Part shown: in pieces, positions 29,140-40,716 of the stretch
Layout of the letters: each line of letters begins with the position of its first letter
Numbering within the stretch: position 1 is the first letter of the stretch
Origin: an uncultured Acidobacteriaceae bacterium
GTDB lineage: Bacteria; Acidobacteriota; Terriglobia; Terriglobales; Acidobacteriaceae
Direction of reading: 5' to 3'
Assembly: GCA_963760855.1 (NCBI GenBank)
Contig: CAVXFD010000015.1
Span: 102,852 to 166,851 of the forward strand
Length of the DNA: 64,000 nt
Position numbers and translations under genes: made by a program
Notes under the pieces: generated by a model
The model's input: only the letters and a program-made list of their open reading frames with translations
Databases searched by the model: none
What the model was told of the DNA's origin: nothing

Positions 29140-32100
29140 ATGGCAGAACCTGTCTTTTATGATCCGCAACGCGCGCGCTGGAAGCGCCTGAGACGTCTCG
29201 TGGACCTTCTGGTCGCGGCGCTTTCCGCGCTCATTATCTTCTTCGTGTACACCACGTTGCGAGACGAGCGTCTGCCGGAGCTGCTGTTCTCTCCGCAGAA
29301 GCGGGCGTTTAAGGCGCTGAAAGAGAATGAAAAGCAAAAGGCCAGGGATCGCTTGAAGAAATTGGCCAACCGTTCGCACCGGAAATCGAAGTTGCTGGCG
29401 TCGGAGGTCAAGCTAAATCAGGAAGAGGGCATTCGGGCGGCGTTCTATGTTCCGTGGGATGCGGCGAGCTTTTCTTCGCTGCGGGATTTCTCCCGCCAGA
29501 TCGATTTGCTTTATCCCGACTGGCTGCATGTGCTTACTCCCGATGGACGGCTGCAAGGAGTAGACGACCAGACCAACAAATTCTTTGATGTCGTGCAGAA
29601 CAATCGCGCACGCTCCGTGGACGACCGCGTGATGCCGTTTCTCAAGGCGGAAGATCCCAGCATGGAAGTCTTCCCCATGGTGAACAACTTCAACGGCACC
29701 GATTGGGTCGGGGACATTACGGGGTTCCTGAATGATCCCGAGGCGCGCTCTGAGTTCCGCAAACAGGTAGGCATATTTCTTGCGTCCGATCACTTCCGCG
29801 GCTTGATGGTGGACTTCGAAGCTTTTCCTGAATCCGGCGAGCCGGGATATATAGCCCTGCTGAACGAACTTTCCGCGGATTTGCACGCGCGCGGGATGAA
29901 ATTGTACGTGAGCGTGCCGCCACACAGCAAAGGATTCGACTACGCCGCAATCTCAGCGCCGGCGGACGGCGTAGTCATTATGAACTATGACGAGCATTAT
30001 CCGGGCGCGGCATCAGGGCCGGTCGCGTCCCAAGACTGGTTCGTCGACAATCTTAAGTTCGCCGTGAATGTGATCCCGAAGGAGAAGTTGATCTGCGCCA
30101 TTGCCAATTATGGCTACGACTGGGTGCTGAAGCCGAAGAAGGGGAAGCTGCCACCGGAGGAGCATGACAGCTCGGTCAGCGTGCAGGAGGCCTGGCTGGC
30201 GGCACGCGACTCAGACGAGGATGTGACCTTCGATGACGATGCGCTGAATCCACACTTCAGCTATCTGGACGAACGCAGTGTGCGGCACGACGTGTGGTTT
30301 CTCGACGCGGTCACGGCTCTGAACCACATGCGCGCCGCGCAAACGTTAGGAATAAGGACTTTCGCGCTATGGCGACTGGGCGGCGAGGATCGTTCGCTTT
30401 GGCGCGTTTGGGACATGCCTGGCGATGCTGGCGCCGCCGACAAATTGCGCGATGTGCCTCCGGGCCAAGACGTGGACATGGAGGGCCAGGGCGAGATTCT
30501 ACGCATCGAGGACCGGCCGACTCATGGCACCCGCGATCTCACCATCGATGCGGACACGAAGCTCATCACCGACGAGAATTTCCAGAACCTGCCGGAACCG
30601 TTTCGCGTTGGACGTTACGGGTACAGCCCGAATGAAGTTGCGCTCACTTTCGATGATGGTCCCGATCCCGAATGGACGCCGAAGATTCTCGACGTGCTGA
30701 AACAAAAGAATGCTATGGCTACGTTTTTTTTGATCGGGATTCAGACCGACAAGTTTTCCGGGATCGCCAAACGCATTTACCGAGAAGGCCACACCATCGG
30801 CAATCATACCTTCACCCATCCGGACGTGAGCAACATTTCGTCGACCTACATGAAAGTCGAGTTGAATCTCACAGAACGACTGTTCGCCAGCCTGATGGGA
30901 ATTCGCGCCACGCTGCTGCGTCCGCCCTATGCGATTGATGAAGAGCCTGACACCGCCGACCAGGTGAAGCCGCTGGAATTTGCGCAGGACATGGGCTACA
31001 TCACGGTCGGCAACCGGATCGACCCCAATGATTGGAGCGACAAGCCGAGGCGGCACACGGCGGAGGAGATCTCCGCCTACGTACTGCAGCACTTGCCGCC
31101 GTGCGCTCCCACTGACCTGCGCTGCGGCAACATCGTTCTACTGCATGATGGCGGCGGCAATCGTGCCGAAACGGTGCGGGCATTGCCCATGATTATTGAC
31201 GGCATTCGCGCGCGCGGGTATTCGGTCGTGCCGGTGTTTCAGCTGTTCGGCAAGACTCGGGCCGACGTGATGTCGCCTCTGAGCACGGGACAACGCTGGG
31301 CTGCACGGCTGGATGGACTGGGCTTTTGGCTCTTCGAGGCCGGCATCGTCTCGATCACGTGGATCTTCTTCCTGGGCGATCTGCTCATGACCGGACGGCT
31401 GCTTTTCATTGGAGCCGCGGCGGTTTATGACCGGCTGCAAGAGAAGATTTTCGGCAAGCCCGCGGAAGTCGCATCGTATAGGCCGAAAGTAGCTGTTCTG
31501 ATTCCCGCGTATAACGAAGAGAAGGTGATTGTGCGGACGGTTCGCGCCGCGCTGAACTCGGACTATCCCAACTTGCGTGTGATCGTCATCGATGACGGCT
31601 CGAAAGACCGCACGCTCGCAGTGGCGCGCGCGGCCTTTACCAGGGAAGAGAGAGTTGGGAAAGTTCTCATTCTCACTAAGCCGAACGCCGGCAAGGCGGA
31701 GGCTCTCAACTACGGCATCGAGCACATTCAGGATGCCGAACTTTTCGTTGGCATCGACGCGGATACGATCATCGCTGGGGACGCCATCTCGCGATTAGTG
31801 CCGCATTTCATCAATCCCAAGGTGGGCGCAATCGCGGGCAATGCCAAGGTCGGCAACCGGGTGAATCTGTGGACGCGCTGGCAGGCGCTGGAATACATCA
31901 CCAGCCAGAATTTCGAGCGCCGTGCACTGGATGTTCTCGGTGCAGTAAGCGTTGTGCCGGGTGCGATTGGGGCGTGGCGCGTCTCCGCGGTGCGCGAGGC
32001 CGGGGGCTACCAGATCGATACCGTCGCCGAAGATGCCGATCTCACCATGGCTCTGTTACGCCGGGGCTATCGCGTGGAATACGAAGACATGGCTCTGGCA

Positions 32101-32649
32101 TACACCGAGGCGCCTACCAACGCGAACGGGTTGATGCGGCAGCGATTTCGTTGGTCGTTTGGAATTTTACAGGCTGTTTATAAACATAGTGGAGTGTTTG
32201 CCCGCAAAGGGGCACTGGGCTTTGTGGCGCTGCCCAATATCGTGATCTTCCAGATTTTGCTTCCGCTGGTGTCGCCGCTGATTGACATCATGTTCGCCTT
32301 CGGCGCTCTGTGGTATTTCCTCCAGAAACACTTCCATCCCGATTCCACGGACCCGGCAAGTTTTCACAAATTGGTGGCGTTCTTTTTCGCATTCCTGGTG
32401 ATTGACTTCCTGGCTTCGGCCTTGGCGTTTGCGCTGGAACGGCGGCGGCCGGACGACAAAGAGGATGTGTGGTTGTTGAGCCAGGTGTGGCTGCAACGAT
32501 TTGCTTATCGGCAGTTGTTTTCGGTAGTCCTGTTCAAGACGCTGAAGCGCGCTCTCGAAGGAAGGAAGTTTGCGTGGGATAAGCTAGAGCGAACGGCGGC
32601 GGTGAAGCGAGTGGCCTCGGAGGATCGGGAGTCGGTGAATGTGCCGTAG
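29140..32649 (+). CDS. tri-domain exopolysaccharide enzyme: GH18-like domain + NodB/CE4 polysaccharide deacetylase + processive family-2 glycosyltransferase
   Basis: 1169 aa with an N-terminal TM. GH18-like region with LMVDFE (DxxDxDxE relic). CE4 motifs VALTFDDGPDPEW and GNHTFTHPD. GT2 motifs VLIPAYNEE, VIDDGSKD, GIDADT and QRFRWSFG, followed by C-terminal TM helices. Confidence 0.85.
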   Translation: MAEPVFYDPQRARWKRLRRLVDLLVAALSALIIFFVYTTLRDERLPELLFSPQKRAFKALKENEKQKARDRLKKLANRSHRKSKLLASEVKLNQEEGIRAAFYVPWDAASFSSLRDFSRQIDLLYPDWLHVLTPDGRLQGVDDQTNKFFDVVQNNRARSVDDRVMPFLKAEDPSMEVFPMVNNFNGTDWVGDITGFLNDPEARSEFRKQVGIFLASDHFRGLMVDFEAFPESGEPGYIALLNELSADLHARGMKLYVSVPPHSKGFDYAAISAPADGVVIMNYDEHYPGAASGPVASQDWFVDNLKFAVNVIPKEKLICAIANYGYDWVLKPKKGKLPPEEHDSSVSVQEAWLAARDSDEDVTFDDDALNPHFSYLDERSVRHDVWFLDAVTALNHMRAAQTLGIRTFALWRLGGEDRSLWRVWDMPGDAGAADKLRDVPPGQDVDMEGQGEILRIEDRPTHGTRDLTIDADTKLITDENFQNLPEPFRVGRYGYSPNEVALTFDDGPDPEWTPKILDVLKQKNAMATFFLIGIQTDKFSGIAKRIYREGHTIGNHTFTHPDVSNISSTYMKVELNLTERLFASLMGIRATLLRPPYAIDEEPDTADQVKPLEFAQDMGYITVGNRIDPNDWSDKPRRHTAEEISAYVLQHLPPCAPTDLRCGNIVLLHDGGGNRAETVRALPMIIDGIRARGYSVVPVFQLFGKTRADVMSPLSTGQRWAARLDGLGFWLFEAGIVSITWIFFLGDLLMTGRLLFIGAAAVYDRLQEKIFGKPAEVASYRPKVAVLIPAYNEEKVIVRTVRAALNSDYPNLRVIVIDDGSKDRTLAVARAAFTREERVGKVLILTKPNAGKAEALNYGIEHIQDAELFVGIDADTIIAGDAISRLVPHFINPKVGAIAGNAKVGNRVNLWTRWQALEYITSQNFERRALDVLGAVSVVPGAIGAWRVSAVREAGGYQIDTVAEDADLTMALLRRGYRVEYEDMALAYTEAPTNANGLMRQRFRWSFGILQAVYKHSGVFARKGALGFVALPNIVIFQILLPLVSPLIDIMFAFGALWYFLQKHFHPDSTDPASFHKLVAFFFAFLVIDFLASALAFALERRRPDDKEDVWLLSQVWLQRFAYRQLFSVVLFKTLKRALEGRKFAWDKLERTAAVKRVASEDRESVNVP

Positions 32650-32669
32650 CCTGGCCCGACTCCACTTAC

Positions 32670-33794
32670 CTATCGAAATAGCAACTGCGAAAATTCCGCC
32701 AGATTCCTCCGCCAGACCATCCAGGTGTGCATGCCGGGCGTTTCGATTTCTGTTGCTTTCACGCCTTTGGACTTGAGCCACCGCCGCAAGTCGCGGTTGA
32801 TGGTGATGAGATGATCCTCGGTGCCGCAGGCGATCCACAGCAGATGAGGCTGCGGATTTGACTTTGCATCGAGCGAAGGAAAATCCTTCTCGAAGTCTTC
32901 GGGAATGCCGCCGGAACTAAAGGCGCCAATCCAGGAAAACTTATCGAGATGATTCAGGCCGGTCAGCAGGGACTCCGACCCTCCCATCGATAAGCCGGCA
33001 ATGGCGCGAGAGTTGCGATCTTTTGTGATCCGGTACTCGGCCTCGACCTGCGGCATCACCTCTGTGAGGAGTGCCTCAGTGAACTTCTTGAAGTGGGTAT
33101 CGCGCAAATCGGCGTGGCTCCACGCGTCCCATCCCAGGCGCACGAACTTCATTGTCCCGTAGCCCAGCGGCATGACCACGATCATCGGCTTCGCTTTGCC
33201 CTGCGCGATCAGATTGTCGAGGATCACGTTGGCATGGCCGACGGCCGTCCATCCACTCGCGTCATCACTGAATCCGTGAAGAAGATACAACACAGGATAC
33301 TGTCGTTTGCCGGAACGCTGATAACCCGCTGGCGTGTAGACGTAGTAATCGCGATCGTCGCCCGCGACTGTGGATCTGTAGAAGTGATGGTGAATCTCGC
33401 CGTGCGGAACGTCATTCAACTCCCAAGGCAAGGATGACGGGCCAGGAACATGGACAGCACTCGCAGTCGCGAGGAGGTTTGGCACCAGCACCGGGTTCGA
33501 CGGGTCGATCAGTCGCACATCGTCGGCGATAAACGAATAACCGTAATAATCCGGAGAAAGCGGTGCAGTGGTGATGCTCCACATCCCCTGATCATCTTTA
33601 AGCATTGCCTGGGGCTCTGTGCCTTCGAGATCAAGCTTCACACCTTTTGCGTTGGGCGCATGGAAGCGGAAAGTAACACTCCCATCGGAATGTACATCGG
33701 GAGAGACCAGTGGGGGCGCAGGTTGCTCAGTCCTCGCGAACACTGCGAGAAGCAAGGGGAACAAAATGACGACAAACGCCGGAAGAAGCCGCAT
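32670..33794 (-). CDS. secreted esterase (PF00756-like) with N-terminal E-set/CBM48-like domain
   Basis: ATG 33794 after GGAGG, with signal peptide MRLLPAFVVILFPLLLAVFA. Contains YPVLYLLHGFSDD and the nucleophile elbow GLSMGG. Confidence 0.75.
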   Translation of the reverse strand: MRLLPAFVVILFPLLLAVFARTEQPAPPLVSPDVHSDGSVTFRFHAPNAKGVKLDLEGTEPQAMLKDDQGMWSITTAPLSPDYYGYSFIADDVRLIDPSNPVLVPNLLATASAVHVPGPSSLPWELNDVPHGEIHHHFYRSTVAGDDRDYYVYTPAGYQRSGKRQYPVLYLLHGFSDDASGWTAVGHANVILDNLIAQGKAKPMIVVMPLGYGTMKFVRLGWDAWSHADLRDTHFKKFTEALLTEVMPQVEAEYRITKDRNSRAIAGLSMGGSESLLTGLNHLDKFSWIGAFSSGGIPEDFEKDFPSLDAKSNPQPHLLWIACGTEDHLITINRDLRRWLKSKGVKATEIETPGMHTWMVWRRNLAEFSQLLFR

Positions 33795-33831
33795 TTTACA
33801 ACCTCCGCTCCACGGCTTGAAATGGAGAGCG

Positions 33832-34239
33832 CTACGCCTTTTGACCAGCGACTTCCAGCCGCGTCTCGGCTTTGTGCATCGCGTTGAGAGCGCGCTCAAC
33901 GTCCACGTTGGGATCGCCGCTGGTAAGGCGCTGTTCGGCGCGTTCTTTGGCTTTGCGGGCGCGCTCCACATTGATTTCGGAAGGACGCTCCGCGGTCTCG
34001 GCGAGAATTGTCACTTTATCGGGCAGCACTTCCGCGAATCCCCACGCCACCGCGAGACGCTGCTCTTGCCCACCGGCGCGATAGGTGATCTCGCCGACCG
34101 CCAGTTCCGTGATGAGCGGAGCGTGCCCCGGCAGGATGCCTAGATAACCGTTCTTGCCAGGAATCTGAACTTCTGCCGCCGACGTCTCGACCACTTTCTT
34201 TTCCGGCGTGACGATTTCGAGTTGGAAAGTATCTGCCAT
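33832..34239 (-). CDS. atpC: F0F1 ATP synthase subunit epsilon
   Basis: 135 aa. LEIVTPEKKVVE...GILPGHAPLIT is a typical epsilon pattern. Confidence 0.9.
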   Translation of the reverse strand: MADTFQLEIVTPEKKVVETSAAEVQIPGKNGYLGILPGHAPLITELAVGEITYRAGGQEQRLAVAWGFAEVLPDKVTILAETAERPSEINVERARKAKERAEQRLTSGDPNVDVERALNAMHKAETRLEVAGQKA

Positions 34240-34297
34240 AAGACCGGCTTCAGGCTCTCGGCGTCCGGAAAGCGGAAGCCGGCCGACGAATTTCGAG

Positions 34298-35746
<1,449 letters not shown>

Positions 35747-35795
35747 TCAGCACTCAGCTTTCAGCAATTGCTCGGCACTCGCGACTCGGTTGTGC

Positions 35796-36875
35796 CTACA
35801 TCGCGGCGGCGCCGCTGACGATCTCGATAATTTCCTTTGTGATCTTCGCCTGCCGGGCGCGGTTCATGGCCAGCGTGAGCGAATCGATCATATCCGTAGC
35901 ATTGTTTGTAGCGGCGTCCATCGCCGTCATGCGGGCGGCGTGCTCGGCCGCCACCGACTCCAATAACGCGCGGAAAATCTGGATGCCAATATATTTCGGA
36001 AGCAACGCGCGGAACAATTCCTCGGGCGACTGTTCGTAAATATAGTCAACCTGGGTTGTGCCGAATTGCGAGGTAGCTTTTTCTGCCGGACTCTCGCCCC
36101 GCAGGCCGACGCCGGCGCTGATCGCGGCTTCCTTGGCCTTTTTCTTTTCTTCTTCCGTCATCTCCTCAACCAGGCGGACGGCCTGTTCGCCGATCTGCTC
36201 GATGGGAAGAATTTGTTCCACGATGAGACGCTGCGCGATCACCGACTTGAATTCGTTGAAGACGATATAGACCGAGTCGATCTCTACGCGCTCATAGCGT
36301 TCAATTACGGTTTCCGCTAACGCGCGTGCCTGGGAAAAATCAAGTTTGCCGAGGATGCCAACGTGCTCGCCTACGATCTGTATCGTGCCGGCGCGCTCCC
36401 CAGCCTCAGGCCGCTTTTCCGTCGAGTCTTCGGTATCGGCGAGGCTGCGGGTTTGAACCGCTGCCGCGGGATAGCGCCGGCGCAGGAAGTCGCGCCCTTT
36501 GCGGCCGATCGCTTCAATGTCGATGTTCTTTCCTGCCTTGGACTCAAGGAAGCGCGAGGCAGCTTTGGTGACGTTGGCGCTGAAGGCGCCTGCCAGGCCT
36601 TTGTCGCCGGTGACGACAATGAGCAAAATGTTTTTCTCTTCGCGCTCCGCCAACAAAGGGTGCTTGGGTTCACCTGTCTCGGGATCGTAAATTTCCGTGC
36701 GTGCGACTAAGGACTTCAGCACATTCGTCAACATCTTGGCGTAGGGGCGCGCCGCCATGGTACGTTCCTGCGCGCGGCGCAGCTTGGCCGCCGAGACCAC
36801 TTTCATGGCCTTGGTGATCTGCCGCGTGTTGACCACGCTGCGGATACGGCGCCGAATGTCGAGAATGTTGGCCAT
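35796..36875 (-). CDS. atpG: F0F1 ATP synthase subunit gamma (long form, 359 aa)
   Basis: N-terminus MANILDIRRRIRSVVNTRQITKAMKVVSAAKLRRAQ and C-terminus NRARQAKITKEIIEIVSGAAA are canonical. Two internal extra segments are present. Confidence 0.92.
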   Translation of the reverse strand: MANILDIRRRIRSVVNTRQITKAMKVVSAAKLRRAQERTMAARPYAKMLTNVLKSLVARTEIYDPETGEPKHPLLAEREEKNILLIVVTGDKGLAGAFSANVTKAASRFLESKAGKNIDIEAIGRKGRDFLRRRYPAAAVQTRSLADTEDSTEKRPEAGERAGTIQIVGEHVGILGKLDFSQARALAETVIERYERVEIDSVYIVFNEFKSVIAQRLIVEQILPIEQIGEQAVRLVEEMTEEEKKKAKEAAISAGVGLRGESPAEKATSQFGTTQVDYIYEQSPEELFRALLPKYIGIQIFRALLESVAAEHAARMTAMDAATNNATDMIDSLTLAMNRARQAKITKEIIEIVSGAAAM

Positions 36876-36982
36876 TTTAAAAGCAGCTATTGGCTGTTAG
36901 CTCTTAGCCTCTAGCTAAAATCCTGTTTCCTTGCTACCACCCTGTGCTTCAAGCCAAGAGCCAAAGGCTAAGGGTCAAGAGC
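36876..36982. repeat. intergenic hairpin-forming word repeats between atpG and atpA
   Basis: CAGCTATTGGCTGTTAGCTCTTAGCC...GCCAAGAGCCAAAGGCTAAGGGTCAAGAGCT. The arms are imperfectly complementary and use the same AGCT/CCAAG/TAAGAGC vocabulary seen at 22131-22177 and 38516-38595. Confidence 0.6.
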
Positions 36983-38595
<1,613 letters not shown>

Positions 38596-39132
38596 CTAGG
38601 AGCTAATCGCTTCCTTCATTCTTTCCAACTGACCTTTTACGGAACCATCGTAAATCGTGCTGCCGACGCGGACCACGGCGCCGCCGAGGAGCGAGGGGTC
38701 CCGCTCATAGTGAGCGCGGACTTTCTTGCCAGTCAGCTTCTCGACTCGGGCCTCGACTTCGCGCTTCTCCGCGTCGCCTAAGTCGCGGGAGGTGATAATT
38801 TCCGCCTCGGCGAATCCCAGTCGCGCATCGAGATCCTTCTCCAGTTGCTGGATGATTGGCTCGAGGAAATGGATACGCCGGTGATCGATCAATACCGCAA
38901 TCAGATTCCGCACCTGTTTTGAAATGCCGTCTCGCTGCGCGATCGCGTCCAGCAGGCCGCGTTTCTGCTCGGCGGGGATGGCGGGATTCTCCCACACACG
39001 CCGCAAGTCCGAACTTTCGGCCAGCAGAGCGGCGATGGCACGCAGTTCCGCAAGAGCCCGATTCACGTCGAGATGGTCGCCAAGCAACACGTCGGCGAAG
39101 GCCCGAGCATACGTGCTGGCTACCGATGCCAT
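38596..39132 (-). CDS. atpH: F0F1 ATP synthase subunit delta
   Basis: 178 aa; YARAFADV at the N-terminus and the OSCP/delta pattern. Confidence 0.88.
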   Translation of the reverse strand: MASVASTYARAFADVLLGDHLDVNRALAELRAIAALLAESSDLRRVWENPAIPAEQKRGLLDAIAQRDGISKQVRNLIAVLIDHRRIHFLEPIIQQLEKDLDARLGFAEAEIITSRDLGDAEKREVEARVEKLTGKKVRAHYERDPSLLGGAVVRVGSTIYDGSVKGQLERMKEAISS

Positions 39133-39135
39133 TGG

Positions 39136-39906
39136 CTATCGCCTGCCCTTTCCCGGGGTGTCCGATGAGTTTCCGGGCGCGCCCAACTGGCTGGCAAAGT
39201 TTCGCACCAGGGCCTGATCGGTGGCGGCGTCCACATGAATTTGTTTCTGCGCAAGTCCCACTGCAAGATCGGCGGCATAGGCGGTGAGTTCACGCCGGGC
39301 GGCCTTGGCTGCGGCCGCGATTTCCTGCTGCGCCGATTCCACAATCTTGCGGCGATCTTCCTCGGCGGCGGCCTGAATGCGGGCTTCCTCGGCGGCAGCT
39401 TCTTTCTCCGCCGAGTCGCGCATCATGCCGATTTCAACGTCCAGTTTCATCAGTCGCGATTCGATCTCCGACAGACGCCGCCGAGCTTCTTCGCTGGACT
39501 TCTGCGCCTCTTGCATCGCTTTCTGAATGGCGGCGGTGCGAGCGCTGAAGATCCCCGGCAAATACCTTCGGCAGGCCCAGATGATAACCGCGGCGATCAG
39601 GGCAAAATTCAGCGACACGCTTAACCAGTAGGCGTGCCGAAGACTCATTCCCGTCCACTTCGCGATCAGGCTCACGGATGCCGATTGCTTGAATTCGCCG
39701 GTTTCGTCTTTTTCTTCACCGGCAACTTCGCGCGACTCGTGCACAAGTTGCTGCCCGAAGCTGCGCTGCGCAGGCGCATGCTTGACTTCGTGTTGTTCCG
39801 GAGCCTCGGGCTTTTGTTGCGCGCGCAAGGGCGTCATTGTCGCGGCAAGAATGATTGCGAGGGACGCCAGCGCGGTGATCCCGATCATCCTCTTGATGGA
39901 AGTCAT
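39136..39906 (-). CDS. atpF: F0F1 ATP synthase subunit b with ~85-aa N-terminal extension
   Basis: 256 aa. There is a signal-like TM at the N-terminus, then a charged linker. After that come the canonical b TM helix (LNFALIAAVIIWAC) and a coiled-coil rich in A/E/R. Confidence 0.8.
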   Translation of the reverse strand: MTSIKRMIGITALASLAIILAATMTPLRAQQKPEAPEQHEVKHAPAQRSFGQQLVHESREVAGEEKDETGEFKQSASVSLIAKWTGMSLRHAYWLSVSLNFALIAAVIIWACRRYLPGIFSARTAAIQKAMQEAQKSSEEARRRLSEIESRLMKLDVEIGMMRDSAEKEAAAEEARIQAAAEEDRRKIVESAQQEIAAAAKAARRELTAYAADLAVGLAQKQIHVDAATDQALVRNFASQLGAPGNSSDTPGKGRR

Positions 39907-39948
39907 GCTTCTTGAACCGTGGCAACTCAGAATTCGTGGCTTTCGACA

Positions 39949-40404
39949 TCAGCGTCCGGCTCCGACTGGTTCCAGCACGCGGCGCATGATTTCTATGGCC
40001 AGAGTCTGAACCTGATCCTGCAGACCAGCCTGGGCCGCTTCGCGATCTTTCTCGATATCGACTTTCGCAGCCTGGACTTGCGCCTGAGCCTTCGCGCGAG
40101 CCTCATTTAGTGCCGCGGCCCTTGCCTCGAGTGCGGCCTTGCGGCGAGCCTCTTGCGCGCGAAACAACGTTGCCCGCGCTTCACGCAAACGCTGTTCGTA
40201 TTCGGAGGTGCGCGCATCCGCCGCAGCTATATCAGCCCGCGATTTCTCGATGGCGCCTTCGGTTTTGCTGCGACGCTCATCGAGCACACGCCGCAAAGGC
40301 TTGTGCACGATCACTGTATAGAGAACGTAAAGCAGCGCCACCAGAATTACGGTCGGCACGGATCCGAGCAGTAATCCGCCTAGTTGTCGTAGCGTTTCAT
40401 CCAT
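39949..40404 (-). CDS. atpF: F0F1 ATP synthase subunit b' (second b-type subunit)
   Basis: 151 aa with a single N-terminal TM followed by an Ala/Arg/Glu coiled coil. It sits immediately upstream of atpF. Confidence 0.75.
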   Translation of the reverse strand: MDETLRQLGGLLLGSVPTVILVALLYVLYTVIVHKPLRRVLDERRSKTEGAIEKSRADIAAADARTSEYEQRLREARATLFRAQEARRKAALEARAAALNEARAKAQAQVQAAKVDIEKDREAAQAGLQDQVQTLAIEIMRRVLEPVGAGR

Positions 40405-40716
40405 TGAGGCTGCTTAACAGGGAAATGAGGGCTATGAAAACTGTTAAGTCTAACGTGCGAAGGAGGTTATGTCAACGCGAAGGAGGGGAATTTCGAGGAG
40501 AAATGCAGGAGAGAGAAGCGTTTCGGGACGAGACGAATCCCATTGTCAAGACAGGCCTTCGACCGATTGCAGAAACTTGCAACTAGTCCTTGACTTCCTC
40601 ACCAAGAGGATTAGCATAGAAGTATCACCTCCGATCCAATTCAGGATCGAATGGGCCGATAGCCAAGGAATGTCACCGCTTCTTGGTTGCCGGCCCATTT
40701 AAATTAGTGTTCGGAG

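Noticed and set aside
40590-40625. Plus-strand promoter-like TTGACT-17 nt-AGCATA in the atp upstream region
   Set aside because: The -10 element is weak and there is no plus-strand gene downstream, since the next gene is on the minus strand. The atp promoter on the minus strand could not be pinned down by eye.
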